Assembly: GCA_910578115.1 (NCBI GenBank)
Contig: CAJTPO010000004.1
Location: 29,539-93,538, forward strand
Direction of reading: 5' to 3'
DNA length: 64,000 bases
Source of the DNA: an uncultured Lachnospiraceae bacterium
GTDB lineage: Bacteria; Bacillota; Clostridia; Lachnospirales; Lachnospiraceae
The notes beneath the pieces are model-generated. The model did no database searches and was not told the DNA's origin. It saw only the letters and a list, made by a program, of their open reading frames with translations. Position numbers and translations under genes: made by a program. Of this stretch, positions 9,560 to 18,947 are shown piece by piece; the first letter of the stretch is position 1; each line of letters opens with the position of its first letter.

Positions 9560-10824
9560 TGAAAGGAAGTCATATGAAGGCCATTAAAGTAAAGAATGTT
9601 AAAAAGATTTATCCGTTGTATAGTGGCAAGGGAAGTAAGGTTAGAGAAGCGCTGTCGCTTTCAAGTAAAAGTTATCATAGCGATTTTTATGCATTAAGAG
9701 GTATAAGCTTTGAGGTTGAACAGGGGGAATGCGTCGGAATAATTGGATTAAACGGTTCCGGAAAATCAACGCTACTCAAAATATTAACGGAAGTCATTAC
9801 TCAAACAGAAGGGGAAATAGAGGTCAAAGGTAAAGTTTCGGCATTGTTGGAACTTGGGGCTGGATTTAATCCTGAGTATACTGGAATGGAAAATATTTAT
9901 TTAAATACTATGCTAATGGGGTATACTCGTAAAGAAACGGATGAAAAAATTTCGCAGATTGTAGAATTTGCAGAAATAGGGGATTTTATAAATCAGCCTG
10001 TTAAAGTATATTCTTCCGGTATGTTTGTTAGGTTGGCGTTCGCAATAGCTATTACAGTAGAACCGGATATTTTGATTATTGATGAAGCACTCAGTGTTGG
10101 CGATGTATTTTTTCAGCAAAAATGTTATAGAAAAATAAAAGAGTTTTCAGGGAGATCAACTGTTCTGATTGTATCACATGATTTGAATGCAATTACAAAA
10201 TTTTGCCAGAGAATTATTGTAATGAACCAAGGCGAAATCGTATATAGTGGAAATCCTAACGAAGCTATATCTTATTATTTTAAATTAAAGCAAGGCGGCT
10301 ATGAACAAAAAAAGATACAGAAAACAAACGATGATACAGTAGATTTTGCCTTATTCAAAGAACCGGCAAAAGAACAGTACAGTGGTCACATGGATGTTAT
10401 AATCAAACAATATTACTATGATATCAATAATCAGCCATATGCAGAATACTGTATGAGAGATGATGTGATTCATATTGCTATGCTGGTAGAAATACAACGT
10501 ATGATCGAGGATGTTATTGTAGGATACCAAGTGAGAGATAAATTTGGGAACGAAGTGTTTGGAGAAACATCATTGACATCTGATGTTGATAAATTTTCTT
10601 TGATAGAGGGGAAAAGTCTGATTTCATTTACGATAACTTGGCCAGAAGTAAGAGAAGGAGATTATTTTATAACTTTAGGGATTGGAGAAGGAAGTGAAGT
10701 GCTTAATCAGGTAGAACAGTGTTGGATTAATAATGCGATACATCTTATTGAAACAACACATGGAAAGACTATATTTGGTATTTTTAATCATGAAATAGAG
10801 AATTTCTCCATTAAGAATATTTAG
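9559..10824 (+). CDS. ABC exporter ATPase (Wzt/TagH-like) with an extra ~170-aa C-terminal domain
   Basis: Walker A GLNGSGKST, signature YSSGM, Walker B ILIIDEALSVGD. The long C-terminal extension is beta-rich and Wzt_C-like. An alternative start is ATG 9574. Confidence 0.9.
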   Translation: MKGSHMKAIKVKNVKKIYPLYSGKGSKVREALSLSSKSYHSDFYALRGISFEVEQGECVGIIGLNGSGKSTLLKILTEVITQTEGEIEVKGKVSALLELGAGFNPEYTGMENIYLNTMLMGYTRKETDEKISQIVEFAEIGDFINQPVKVYSSGMFVRLAFAIAITVEPDILIIDEALSVGDVFFQQKCYRKIKEFSGRSTVLIVSHDLNAITKFCQRIIVMNQGEIVYSGNPNEAISYYFKLKQGGYEQKKIQKTNDDTVDFALFKEPAKEQYSGHMDVIIKQYYYDINNQPYAEYCMRDDVIHIAMLVEIQRMIEDVIVGYQVRDKFGNEVFGETSLTSDVDKFSLIEGKSLISFTITWPEVREGDYFITLGIGEGSEVLNQVEQCWINNAIHLIETTHGKTIFGIFNHEIENFSIKNI

Positions 10825-10881
10825 ATTTAATTTGTATTTATATAGAGTTACAGAATATAAAGTTTGACTGAGAGGAATTAT

Positions 10882-12315
10882 ATGAAAAAATGGGAGTATT
10901 TTGACGGGAATTTTTTTGCAGATCAGTATAATGATACACTTCTAAAGTATTCTCCGTGGTCCGGGCATAGACGCTTTGGATATGATTTGGTTTCTTATTA
11001 TGAACCGGAAAATGTAGTGGAGCTGGGTAGTTTTTATGGATGTTCATCCTTTGCATTTATGCAGGCAGTTAAGACAAATCATTTGCAAACAAAAATATAT
11101 GCAATTGATTTGTGGGAGGCAGATGATGAGTTTACAATGCATGATTATGAGCAGGATGTTTTTGGGTTTTTTATGCAGGTATATGAAAGTGAGTTTTCAG
11201 ACATTACAGTTGAAATAATGAAAATGTCTTTCGATGATGCTCTTAGGTGTTTCGATGATTGCAGTATAGAAATTCTTCATATCGATGGTTCGCATGCGTA
11301 TGAAGATGTAAGGCATGATTTTGAGACATGGCTTCCTAAATTGAAGAGGGATGGTATTATTCTTTTTCATGATATAAGTGAACAACTGCTGTATGAAAAG
11401 ACATTAGGCTCGTGTGTTTTTTGGAAAGAATTGAAAGAGGAATATCCCTATACTGCTGAGATGCAGCAAAGCTGGGGATTGGGAATTTTGTTTCTTTCAG
11501 AAGCTAGGTACAAAGATTTTATCAGCAAGGTAAATTTGAATTATTATTTAAAAATGAGTACTTATGATGAGAATGAGGCAAAGGATCGAATCAGAATAGA
11601 TTATTTTAAACTTTTGGATGCTGGTAAATGGATCGAATCGCTCAAACAGGATAAGGAAAAAGCTGATCAAGGGAATACCAGGTTATTATATGAAATAGAA
11701 AGAATTAAGAAAAGTTATGAAACAACTGAAAAAGAAAAAGAAAAATATATAAATGAATTACTGAATACAATACAAAATTATGAGAAGATGGTTAAGGCCA
11801 AAGAGGTTTATGTACAGGAATTAGTTGGAACTATTGATTTATTCAAAAAGGAAAATAAAGGAATTAAATCAGCATATGACAAGACGATAGTAGCAAAGGA
11901 TATGTATATAGATGAGTTGGGAAATACTATTTCTGCGTATGAAGATACATTTATTGGAAAGGACAGATACATTAAAGAATTGTCAGCAACAATCGATGCG
12001 TATGAGCAGACAATTAAGACTAAAGATATTTATGTAGATGAATTAAAAAATGTAATTTGTGAATATGAAGAGACGGTTAATGGAAAAGAACGATATATTG
12101 AGGAGCTGTTATCGACGATTGATTCTTACAAAAAAAGTGTTAATGAAATCAAAAATGCATATGAGCAGACAATAGTAGGAAAAGATGAATACATTGAGGA
12201 GCTGTTATCGACGATTGATTCTTACAAAAAAAGTGTTGATGAAATCAAAAATGCATATGAGCAGACAATAGTAGGAAAAGATGAATACATTGAGGAACTG
12301 GAAAAGGAAAAATAG
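10882..12315 (+). CDS. Class I SAM-dependent methyltransferase (Methyltransf_24/CmcI-like) fused to a repetitive coiled-coil tail
   Basis: VVELGSFYGCSSFAF...ILHIDGSHAYEDVRHDFETWLPKLKRDGIILFHD. This is followed by ~240 aa of K[DE]xYIxEL..TI..YE.T heptad-like repeats. ATG 10882 with RBS GAGAGGA is preferred over TTG 10864. Confidence 0.75.
   Translation: MKKWEYFDGNFFADQYNDTLLKYSPWSGHRRFGYDLVSYYEPENVVELGSFYGCSSFAFMQAVKTNHLQTKIYAIDLWEADDEFTMHDYEQDVFGFFMQVYESEFSDITVEIMKMSFDDALRCFDDCSIEILHIDGSHAYEDVRHDFETWLPKLKRDGIILFHDISEQLLYEKTLGSCVFWKELKEEYPYTAEMQQSWGLGILFLSEARYKDFISKVNLNYYLKMSTYDENEAKDRIRIDYFKLLDAGKWIESLKQDKEKADQGNTRLLYEIERIKKSYETTEKEKEKYINELLNTIQNYEKMVKAKEVYVQELVGTIDLFKKENKGIKSAYDKTIVAKDMYIDELGNTISAYEDTFIGKDRYIKELSATIDAYEQTIKTKDIYVDELKNVICEYEETVNGKERYIEELLSTIDSYKKSVNEIKNAYEQTIVGKDEYIEELLSTIDSYKKSVDEIKNAYEQTIVGKDEYIEELEKEK
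12099..12290 (+). repeat. Near-perfect 96-bp tandem duplication (2 x 32 codons) inside the coiled-coil tail
   Basis: Unit 1 (12099-12194) and unit 2 (12195-12290) differ by only a couple of substitutions that I can see, including taat/tgat (N->D). Confidence 0.95.
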
Positions 12316-12335
12316 TCAGGAGATAAAAGTGGCGT

Positions 12336-15300
12336 ATGAATAAGTCAATATTGAATAATGAATATAAGATTTCAATTATCATGCCGGTTTATAATACAGA
12401 AGAATATTTTGATCGGTGTATTAGGAGCGTACTGAACCAGTCCTATATAAATCTTGAGCTTATTGTTGTTGACGACTGTTCACCTGGAAATATCAAAGAA
12501 AAGGTAACATTGTATGCGGAGAAAGATCAAAGAGTGAAAATGATTTCTCATGAGAAAAATGAGGGATTATTCAAAGCACGTCTTACAGGGGCAAAAGCAG
12601 CAACGGGTGATTATATTGCTTTTATCGACAGTGATGATTATGTTTCAATGGATTATTATCATACATTGTTAGATAAGGCAGTGACGGAACAGGTAGATAT
12701 AACAATCGGTCGTACAGTGCACCAGGATCAGAATGGAAATAAGTTCATTTATAATCTGCATGATGCCGGATTTCATTTTGACCGTTTAGAAGGCGACGAG
12801 GTAAGAAAAAGATTCTATTGTCAAAAGGGGCAGTGTTATGCCTGGCATACTATTTGGAATAAGTTGTATACAAAAAAGCTGTGGGATCAATGTACTCCTT
12901 ATTATGACAGGATCGATAGGCATGTAATCATGACGGAGGATATTGCCTTTTCATCAGTATTATTTTTCTTTGCCCATTCGGTTGCGACAACAGCTAATGA
13001 TGCTTATTTCTATTGCGCGAATGATAAAGCATCAACAAACGCAGATCATATTACCATGAAAAAATTTGTCAAGAATCTGGAAGATATAAGCACGGTTTTT
13101 GATTTTGTGAAACAGTTTTTGGAAGAGCAAAATGCTCCCGAAAGCATAAATACTGATTTCCTTGAATTTAGAAAGTTATATGCCCGTTTATGGAATAACA
13201 TACCTAAATACCAATTGTCAGCTGCTGATGCAATAAAAGGCAGTAAAATAATGAAGGAATTTTGTCCGGATGAAACATCATGTGCGCATAAAGATGATTA
13301 CTTCTTTTCCAGTATTCAGACGAAGTGGACAGGTGGGCTTGAAAATATAAAGGAAAGGATTTTAAAGTCACAAGATAAGTATATTAGTTTTGATATTTTT
13401 GATACTTTGATCAAGAGACCATTTTTGGATCCTGCAGATCTATTTGAATTGATTGACAGGGAATTTGAGCAGCTTATGCCTTCTTCTTTGAAATTTCGGA
13501 ATATTAGAACAGAAGCAGAAGTTATTGCAAGGCGAAAGTTCGGATCCACGAATCCTGAATGGGAAGATATAACAATTTATGAGATTTATCAGGTAATGGG
13601 TGAGATGTATCATATTCCAGCAGATCTTATAAAAAGATTATTGGAGAGAGAAAAGGAACTGGAAATAGAGTTTTGCGGTGTAAGAAACGCGGGACGGGAA
13701 CTTTATGAAACAGCATTACTGTCTGGGAAACAGATTCTTATAATTTCCGACATGTATTTGGATAAAGAAACAATTATAAAAATACTTGACAAAAATGGAT
13801 ATCGTGAATATTCATATCTATATGTTTCGTCTGAGGTAAGATTGACTAAGAACAGAGGTAATCTGTATAAATATGTCTGTCAAGAATTGAAGATTGATCA
13901 GACAATGCATGTGTACCATATAGGTGATGCATGGCAAAATGATTATATTAATTCTGAAAAGAATGGATTTGAACCTATTTTACTTCCCAAAGCCAGGGAA
14001 ATATTTGAAAACAGAATTCAGGGCGTTAATACTAATCAATGTGGAACTATAGGTATTAATTCTAATGGAAATATAGTAGATAAGCAAAAACAATACAGGT
14101 CTATTGGCCTTAGTTGTATGTACTCAGTTGTTTGTAACATGTATTTTGATAATCCGTACAGAGCATTCAACCCGGAGAGTGATTTTAATGCTGATCCGTA
14201 TTTTATAGGATTATATGCTTTAGGTATGCATCTTATAGGACTTAGCAAATGGATTTCTGGTGTATGTAAAGATAAAGAAGTCAAGAGGGTTCATTTTCTG
14301 GCTAGAGACGGTTATATGCCGATGAGGGCGTTTGAAATTCTCAATTCAAATGCAGATTGTATTTCTGAATTTGATTATATGTATGCATCAAGAAAATCTG
14401 TTATGCCAGGTATGATTAAATCAACAACTGATTTTTACAATCTTCCAGTTGAGTATAGGAATCATTCGCCCAAGACGCTATTAAAGGTTTTGGAATTTGC
14501 ATCTGCTGATTTGAGCGAGGAAATAAAAGAAGATATTTGTAAGAGTAAAAAAATTTCATATCAAAAAACATTTGCGCAAAGAGAAGATTATCTAAGATTT
14601 ATCGATATTTTTTTAGATAAAATATATGATGAAGAAAGGTATAAAGAAAGTTATTCACTGGCAAAAGAATATTATTCTCAGATTTCAGAAAAAGATCTGA
14701 CATTTGATATGGGATATAGCGGACGTATTCAAAATGCAATTTCTGAATTATGTGGCAGGAGCGTTGATGCCTTGTTCGTACACAGTGATAATGATATGTC
14801 AGCCAAAATGTCTCGAATGGGCAAGTTTGATATTATTAATTATTATGATTTTATTCCATGTGTTTCAGGACTTTTAAGGGAACATATGTTGTCGGACTAT
14901 CATGATGGTTGCGTTGGCTTCCAACGTGTTAGAGGGAAAGTTGAACCAATCTTAAAAAGCGAAGAGAAATCTAGTCAGGATATTATTGTTATAGACATGA
15001 TTCAAAAAGGTGCGCTGGATTTTGTTACATATATGCGTAATTATTTTGGGGAGTATTGGGATTATATACCTTTTCGATATACAGAAACTTCGATGCCGTT
15101 TGAAGGTTATCTGAAGAATGCAAAAGATATAGATCGTAAAATTTTTGCGGCATCTTATTTTGAAGATTTTGTGTATGGAGCATCAGAAAAAATAAACATT
15201 GAGCAATTTATTCGGGATTATTATGGAAACGCAAATGTAATAAATGAAAAAGATGAAAACACCGAGCTTTTTTTTACACAGTGTATAAAAAATAAGGGAA

Positions 15301-15440
15301 AAATTTCCCGGGCATTAATTTTCTTTATATTAAATAAGGATGTATTTAGTAAAAAGATGGCGAATGAGCTTAGAGGTAGGCCGATATTGTATCGATTTGG
15401 GAAGTGGGCTTGGAATTTACTGAAAAAGAAGGAAAAATGA
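12336..15440 (+). CDS. Three-part protein: GT2 glycosyltransferase + HAD-family hydrolase domain + uncharacterised C-terminal domain
   Basis: GT2: ISIIMPVYNTEEYF...VVDDCS...FIDSDD. HAD: motif I SFDIFDTLIKRP, ILIISDMY, motif IV HIGDAWQND. The C-terminal ~450 aa are paralogous to 6787..8772. Confidence 0.8.
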   Translation: MNKSILNNEYKISIIMPVYNTEEYFDRCIRSVLNQSYINLELIVVDDCSPGNIKEKVTLYAEKDQRVKMISHEKNEGLFKARLTGAKAATGDYIAFIDSDDYVSMDYYHTLLDKAVTEQVDITIGRTVHQDQNGNKFIYNLHDAGFHFDRLEGDEVRKRFYCQKGQCYAWHTIWNKLYTKKLWDQCTPYYDRIDRHVIMTEDIAFSSVLFFFAHSVATTANDAYFYCANDKASTNADHITMKKFVKNLEDISTVFDFVKQFLEEQNAPESINTDFLEFRKLYARLWNNIPKYQLSAADAIKGSKIMKEFCPDETSCAHKDDYFFSSIQTKWTGGLENIKERILKSQDKYISFDIFDTLIKRPFLDPADLFELIDREFEQLMPSSLKFRNIRTEAEVIARRKFGSTNPEWEDITIYEIYQVMGEMYHIPADLIKRLLEREKELEIEFCGVRNAGRELYETALLSGKQILIISDMYLDKETIIKILDKNGYREYSYLYVSSEVRLTKNRGNLYKYVCQELKIDQTMHVYHIGDAWQNDYINSEKNGFEPILLPKAREIFENRIQGVNTNQCGTIGINSNGNIVDKQKQYRSIGLSCMYSVVCNMYFDNPYRAFNPESDFNADPYFIGLYALGMHLIGLSKWISGVCKDKEVKRVHFLARDGYMPMRAFEILNSNADCISEFDYMYASRKSVMPGMIKSTTDFYNLPVEYRNHSPKTLLKVLEFASADLSEEIKEDICKSKKISYQKTFAQREDYLRFIDIFLDKIYDEERYKESYSLAKEYYSQISEKDLTFDMGYSGRIQNAISELCGRSVDALFVHSDNDMSAKMSRMGKFDIINYYDFIPCVSGLLREHMLSDYHDGCVGFQRVRGKVEPILKSEEKSSQDIIVIDMIQKGALDFVTYMRNYFGEYWDYIPFRYTETSMPFEGYLKNAKDIDRKIFAASYFEDFVYGASEKINIEQFIRDYYGNANVINEKDENTELFFTQCIKNKGKISRALIFFILNKDVFSKKMANELRGRPILYRFGKWAWNLLKKKEK

Positions 15441-16969
15441 TGATAAAGAGAATACTATTAAAAGAAAAAAGCATGAAAGTATTCGTGCTATTTGTATTTA
15501 ATTTGTTTTGGTGTATTTTGTCTTTGGGAATATTTGTATTTAACAAGCATTTTTCAGTGGATGATTATTCGCTGCTTTATCAACAAAAAGCAGCAAGTTT
15601 TACTGATATACAGCAAAATATGCGAATAGTTTCGGGAAGTCTGTATTATCTATTGGATATGTGGGGAATTAATATTGTTGAGTGGCAGATTTTTTTCGGG
15701 ACAATTCTGATTATAACTTTTGCATGGATAATTACCCGAATCACTATGGAAATAGAAGAAGCTGCAAAGGCTAAAGTGGATGCTGGTAAGATTATACTTC
15801 TAAATGGAGGAACTCTGGTACTCTTTCTAAATGCCGCGATTAGTGAATATTTATATTATTCGGGAGTATACGCTCAATGGATTATAGGAATTCTTGGAAT
15901 AACCTATGGAGCTATTTGTATTGGTCGAGAGAAGAAAATTGCCATAAATTGGCTGGCCGGGTTGGCGGCGCTTATTGTTACAGCCGGAAGTTATCAGACT
16001 TTCATGGCGCAGTACGCTTATGTTGTTATGACATTAATTTTTTTGCGCAATGAAGGGAAAATAAACCGCAAATCAGTTATGGCGAGCATTAGGGCTGCTA
16101 TTGCTGCTGTTGTGGCAATGGGCATTAATATACTGGGAGTCAAAGCGCTGGTACAATGTGGAATTATCGGTAATGACAGCAGAATGAAATTTGATTTGAT
16201 GAAAATACCAGAATTGTTAAGAAGTATCAGTCATGAACAGAAATCAATATGGATTGATGGCATGGGCATTTATCCGAAGGGAATTTTGGCATTTCTGATA
16301 GTATTTTTTGTTGGTATTCTGTTCTTTGTCATGTATAAGAGAAGAGCAAAAATTGGTGAATGGATATATTTGGCAATTGTTTTGAGCTCGGGTTTTTGTG
16401 TGATGTATGGTGCGCAGATTTTGCAAGGGTTTATACGTGTTACAAATCGAGGAATGTATGCTGTATTTGGAATATATGCCGTTAGCGTATGGATAATAGG
16501 AATTTATATAAAAGAATGTGATTGGAAAATAGTTAAGCAGTTTATCGTATGTGTAATTAGTGTGTTTTTGTTTTATAGCAGTAGTAAAATTAATGGTATT
16601 GCTGTAGACGTTTTAAAGACAAATATTGTGAGCAGATGCTATATGGAGGAAATTAATCGTAGAATTTGCAATTATGAAAATCTGAATAGTGTTCACATTA
16701 CGAAGGTGGGATTTTTCAGGGACGCTTTTGTCAGTTACCGATATTATGATTTTATTGATACAGGAGCATATGGTGACATGTGTGCAAATCCTTTTTTGGC
16801 GGAATGGTCGAGTGTCAATTCATTAAATTATTATACAAATCGCCAATTGGAACTGGTGAGTGTACCGGAGGATATCATACAAGAATATGAAGGGAAAAAC
16901 TGGGATGAACCAGAATGGAATGATCAATTGATTTTTGATTATGATACAGTATATATTTGTGTGTTTTAA
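15437..16969 (+). CDS. Polytopic membrane protein, candidate GT-C-type (GtrII/glucosyltransferase-like) glycosyltransferase
   Basis: At least 10 predicted TM segments. Acidic motif SVDDYS sits in the first external loop, and there is a soluble C-terminal domain. ATG 15437 overlaps the upstream stop. Confidence 0.5.
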   Translation: MMIKRILLKEKSMKVFVLFVFNLFWCILSLGIFVFNKHFSVDDYSLLYQQKAASFTDIQQNMRIVSGSLYYLLDMWGINIVEWQIFFGTILIITFAWIITRITMEIEEAAKAKVDAGKIILLNGGTLVLFLNAAISEYLYYSGVYAQWIIGILGITYGAICIGREKKIAINWLAGLAALIVTAGSYQTFMAQYAYVVMTLIFLRNEGKINRKSVMASIRAAIAAVVAMGINILGVKALVQCGIIGNDSRMKFDLMKIPELLRSISHEQKSIWIDGMGIYPKGILAFLIVFFVGILFFVMYKRRAKIGEWIYLAIVLSSGFCVMYGAQILQGFIRVTNRGMYAVFGIYAVSVWIIGIYIKECDWKIVKQFIVCVISVFLFYSSSKINGIAVDVLKTNIVSRCYMEEINRRICNYENLNSVHITKVGFFRDAFVSYRYYDFIDTGAYGDMCANPFLAEWSSVNSLNYYTNRQLELVSVPEDIIQEYEGKNWDEPEWNDQLIFDYDTVYICVF

Positions 16970-17020
16970 AATGTGGAAGAAAATTAAGTATAGAAGATTA
17001 ATTTAGGGAGAAATTGGAGT

Positions 17021-18700
17021 ATGTATGAAAAAGATGATAAAAAAAAGAATTCAAAAACATTAAAAGAATTTTCATATGGTTGCATTATGTCTATTGCATT
17101 GTGTTTTATGTTGTTTCTATATGCTCCCTTAGAAATTTTTTTTTCTAACAAAAATGAATTTTGGTTTGATGTATATAAACTATTTCCGGTTATGTTCGTA
17201 ACATTTATAATCTTAACGGCAGTATGTGTTGGTGTTTTAGCGGTATGTTATATTATTGCCAGAAGATTATATCAGGGTATGCTTGTAGTTGGCTTTGTTG
17301 TCTTTATTTCGTCATATGTTCAGGGTAATTTCTTTATTTCAAATTTACCACCGTTAGATGGGACGGTAGTGGACTGGAGTCAATATACGAAAGATACAGT
17401 CGAAAGTTTTATCTTGTGGATTGTAGTTACATTGTTTGTAATTGGATTAATAAAATATATTCATATAGAAAAGTTTTATAAAGTAGTCAGTATTGTGTGT
17501 ACCTGTATGACACTTGTTCTATTTATTACATTGATAAGTATATGTTTAAGTAATGAAGGTTACAAGAAAAAAACGAATTTGTCTGTTACAAATGAAAATA
17601 AATTTGTTATGTCAACAGATACTAATTTTATTATATTATTACTGGATGCAGTAGATGCAAGAAATATGACAGAATTATTTGAAATGAGACCTGAATATAA
17701 AAAAATATTTTCGGATTTTACATATTATCCGAATTTGGTTGGATCTTATCCTTGGACACAGTGTTCAGTACCATTTATTCTTTCGGGTGACTGGTATGAA
17801 AATGAAGAGCCATTTGAGGAATATAATGTTAACGCATATAAAAATTCTCCTTTATTTTCTAAACTTGAAAGTATGAACTATAAAATAGGAATGTATGCAA
17901 ATGACATTCCGTTATATGATGAAGTAGTTTGTCGTTTTGAAAATATAAAAAATGATTCCGGTAAGTTTCAGTCATTATCTACATTGTCAATACTTGAAAT
18001 TAAATTGGCAGGCATTAAATACGCACCGTATAGCATAAAAAAATACTGCTTATTCGATATGAACCGATTGAATGATTTAAAAGTAGAAAATGATTTTTCT
18101 TTATTTAATTCATCAGACGTAGGATTTTATAATGAACTTAACAGTATAGGAATAACGTACACAGAAGATAAGAGTTTTAAGTTTATACATTTGGAGGGGG
18201 CACATGTACCTTTTCAGCTGGATAAGGACATGAATAGAATTGAAGATGCTAGCGGCACATATGAAGAGAAAATAGAAGCATGCATGACACTTACAGATTT
18301 ATATTTTCAAAAATTGATGGATGCTGGAGTATATGATAATTCTGTGATTATTGTAATGGCTGATCATGGGTTTGCTGGTGAACATGGCGATAGGGACAAA
18401 GATACAATTGGAAGACATAATCCCATATTCATGGCTAAAGGAATTAATGAGAAACATGACATGTATATTTCACAAGCTCCGATTTCTCAGGTAGACTTAC
18501 AGGAAGCTTTTTCTCGTCTTATGAGTGGGAGTGATAGCACAGAGATATTTGACTGGAAGGAAGGGGACGAACGCGAACGCCGTTACTTATTCCATTATTA
18601 TTTGGAAGATAATCATTTAATTGAGTATTTACAAACAGGCGATGTAAATAATATGGAAACTATGTTACGTACGGGAAAAGAGTTTTATCGCGAAAAGTAG
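17021..18700 (+). CDS. Membrane-anchored alkaline-phosphatase-superfamily enzyme (LtaS/sulfatase/phosphotransferase-like)
   Basis: About 5 N-terminal TM segments, then NFIILLLDAVDARNM...IIVMADHGF, typical of sulfatase/LtaS-type catalytic domains. Confidence 0.7.
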   Translation: MYEKDDKKKNSKTLKEFSYGCIMSIALCFMLFLYAPLEIFFSNKNEFWFDVYKLFPVMFVTFIILTAVCVGVLAVCYIIARRLYQGMLVVGFVVFISSYVQGNFFISNLPPLDGTVVDWSQYTKDTVESFILWIVVTLFVIGLIKYIHIEKFYKVVSIVCTCMTLVLFITLISICLSNEGYKKKTNLSVTNENKFVMSTDTNFIILLLDAVDARNMTELFEMRPEYKKIFSDFTYYPNLVGSYPWTQCSVPFILSGDWYENEEPFEEYNVNAYKNSPLFSKLESMNYKIGMYANDIPLYDEVVCRFENIKNDSGKFQSLSTLSILEIKLAGIKYAPYSIKKYCLFDMNRLNDLKVENDFSLFNSSDVGFYNELNSIGITYTEDKSFKFIHLEGAHVPFQLDKDMNRIEDASGTYEEKIEACMTLTDLYFQKLMDAGVYDNSVIIVMADHGFAGEHGDRDKDTIGRHNPIFMAKGINEKHDMYISQAPISQVDLQEAFSRLMSGSDSTEIFDWKEGDERERRYLFHYYLEDNHLIEYLQTGDVNNMETMLRTGKEFYREK

Positions 18701-18739
18701 GAGGAAAATTGATAATAGGATATTTATACGGTTTTTGAC

Positions 18740-18835
18740 ATGGATTATGGAAGGATGTTTCAGTATATGCCGTTTGCAATCATATTGTTTACGCTTCTTA
18801 GCAAAGCCATATTATTGTCTGCTTTGTTTAGGTAA
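18740..18835 (+). pseudogene. 31-codon relic of the N-terminus of a YidC-like::TagF-like gene
   Basis: MDYGRMFQYMPFAIILFTLLSKAILLSALFR* matches FAIILFTLLSKIVLLPISLW of the 24861 copy. Confidence 0.4.
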
Positions 18836-18947
18836 AAAAGGAAGCCAAGATCGGATCATAATAGACTTGAGTGAATGGTATATCAATACATCATGACAAT
18901 GTTTTTCTGCGTGGGCATGTATAAATGATAGAAGATTGGGGTAAGCA

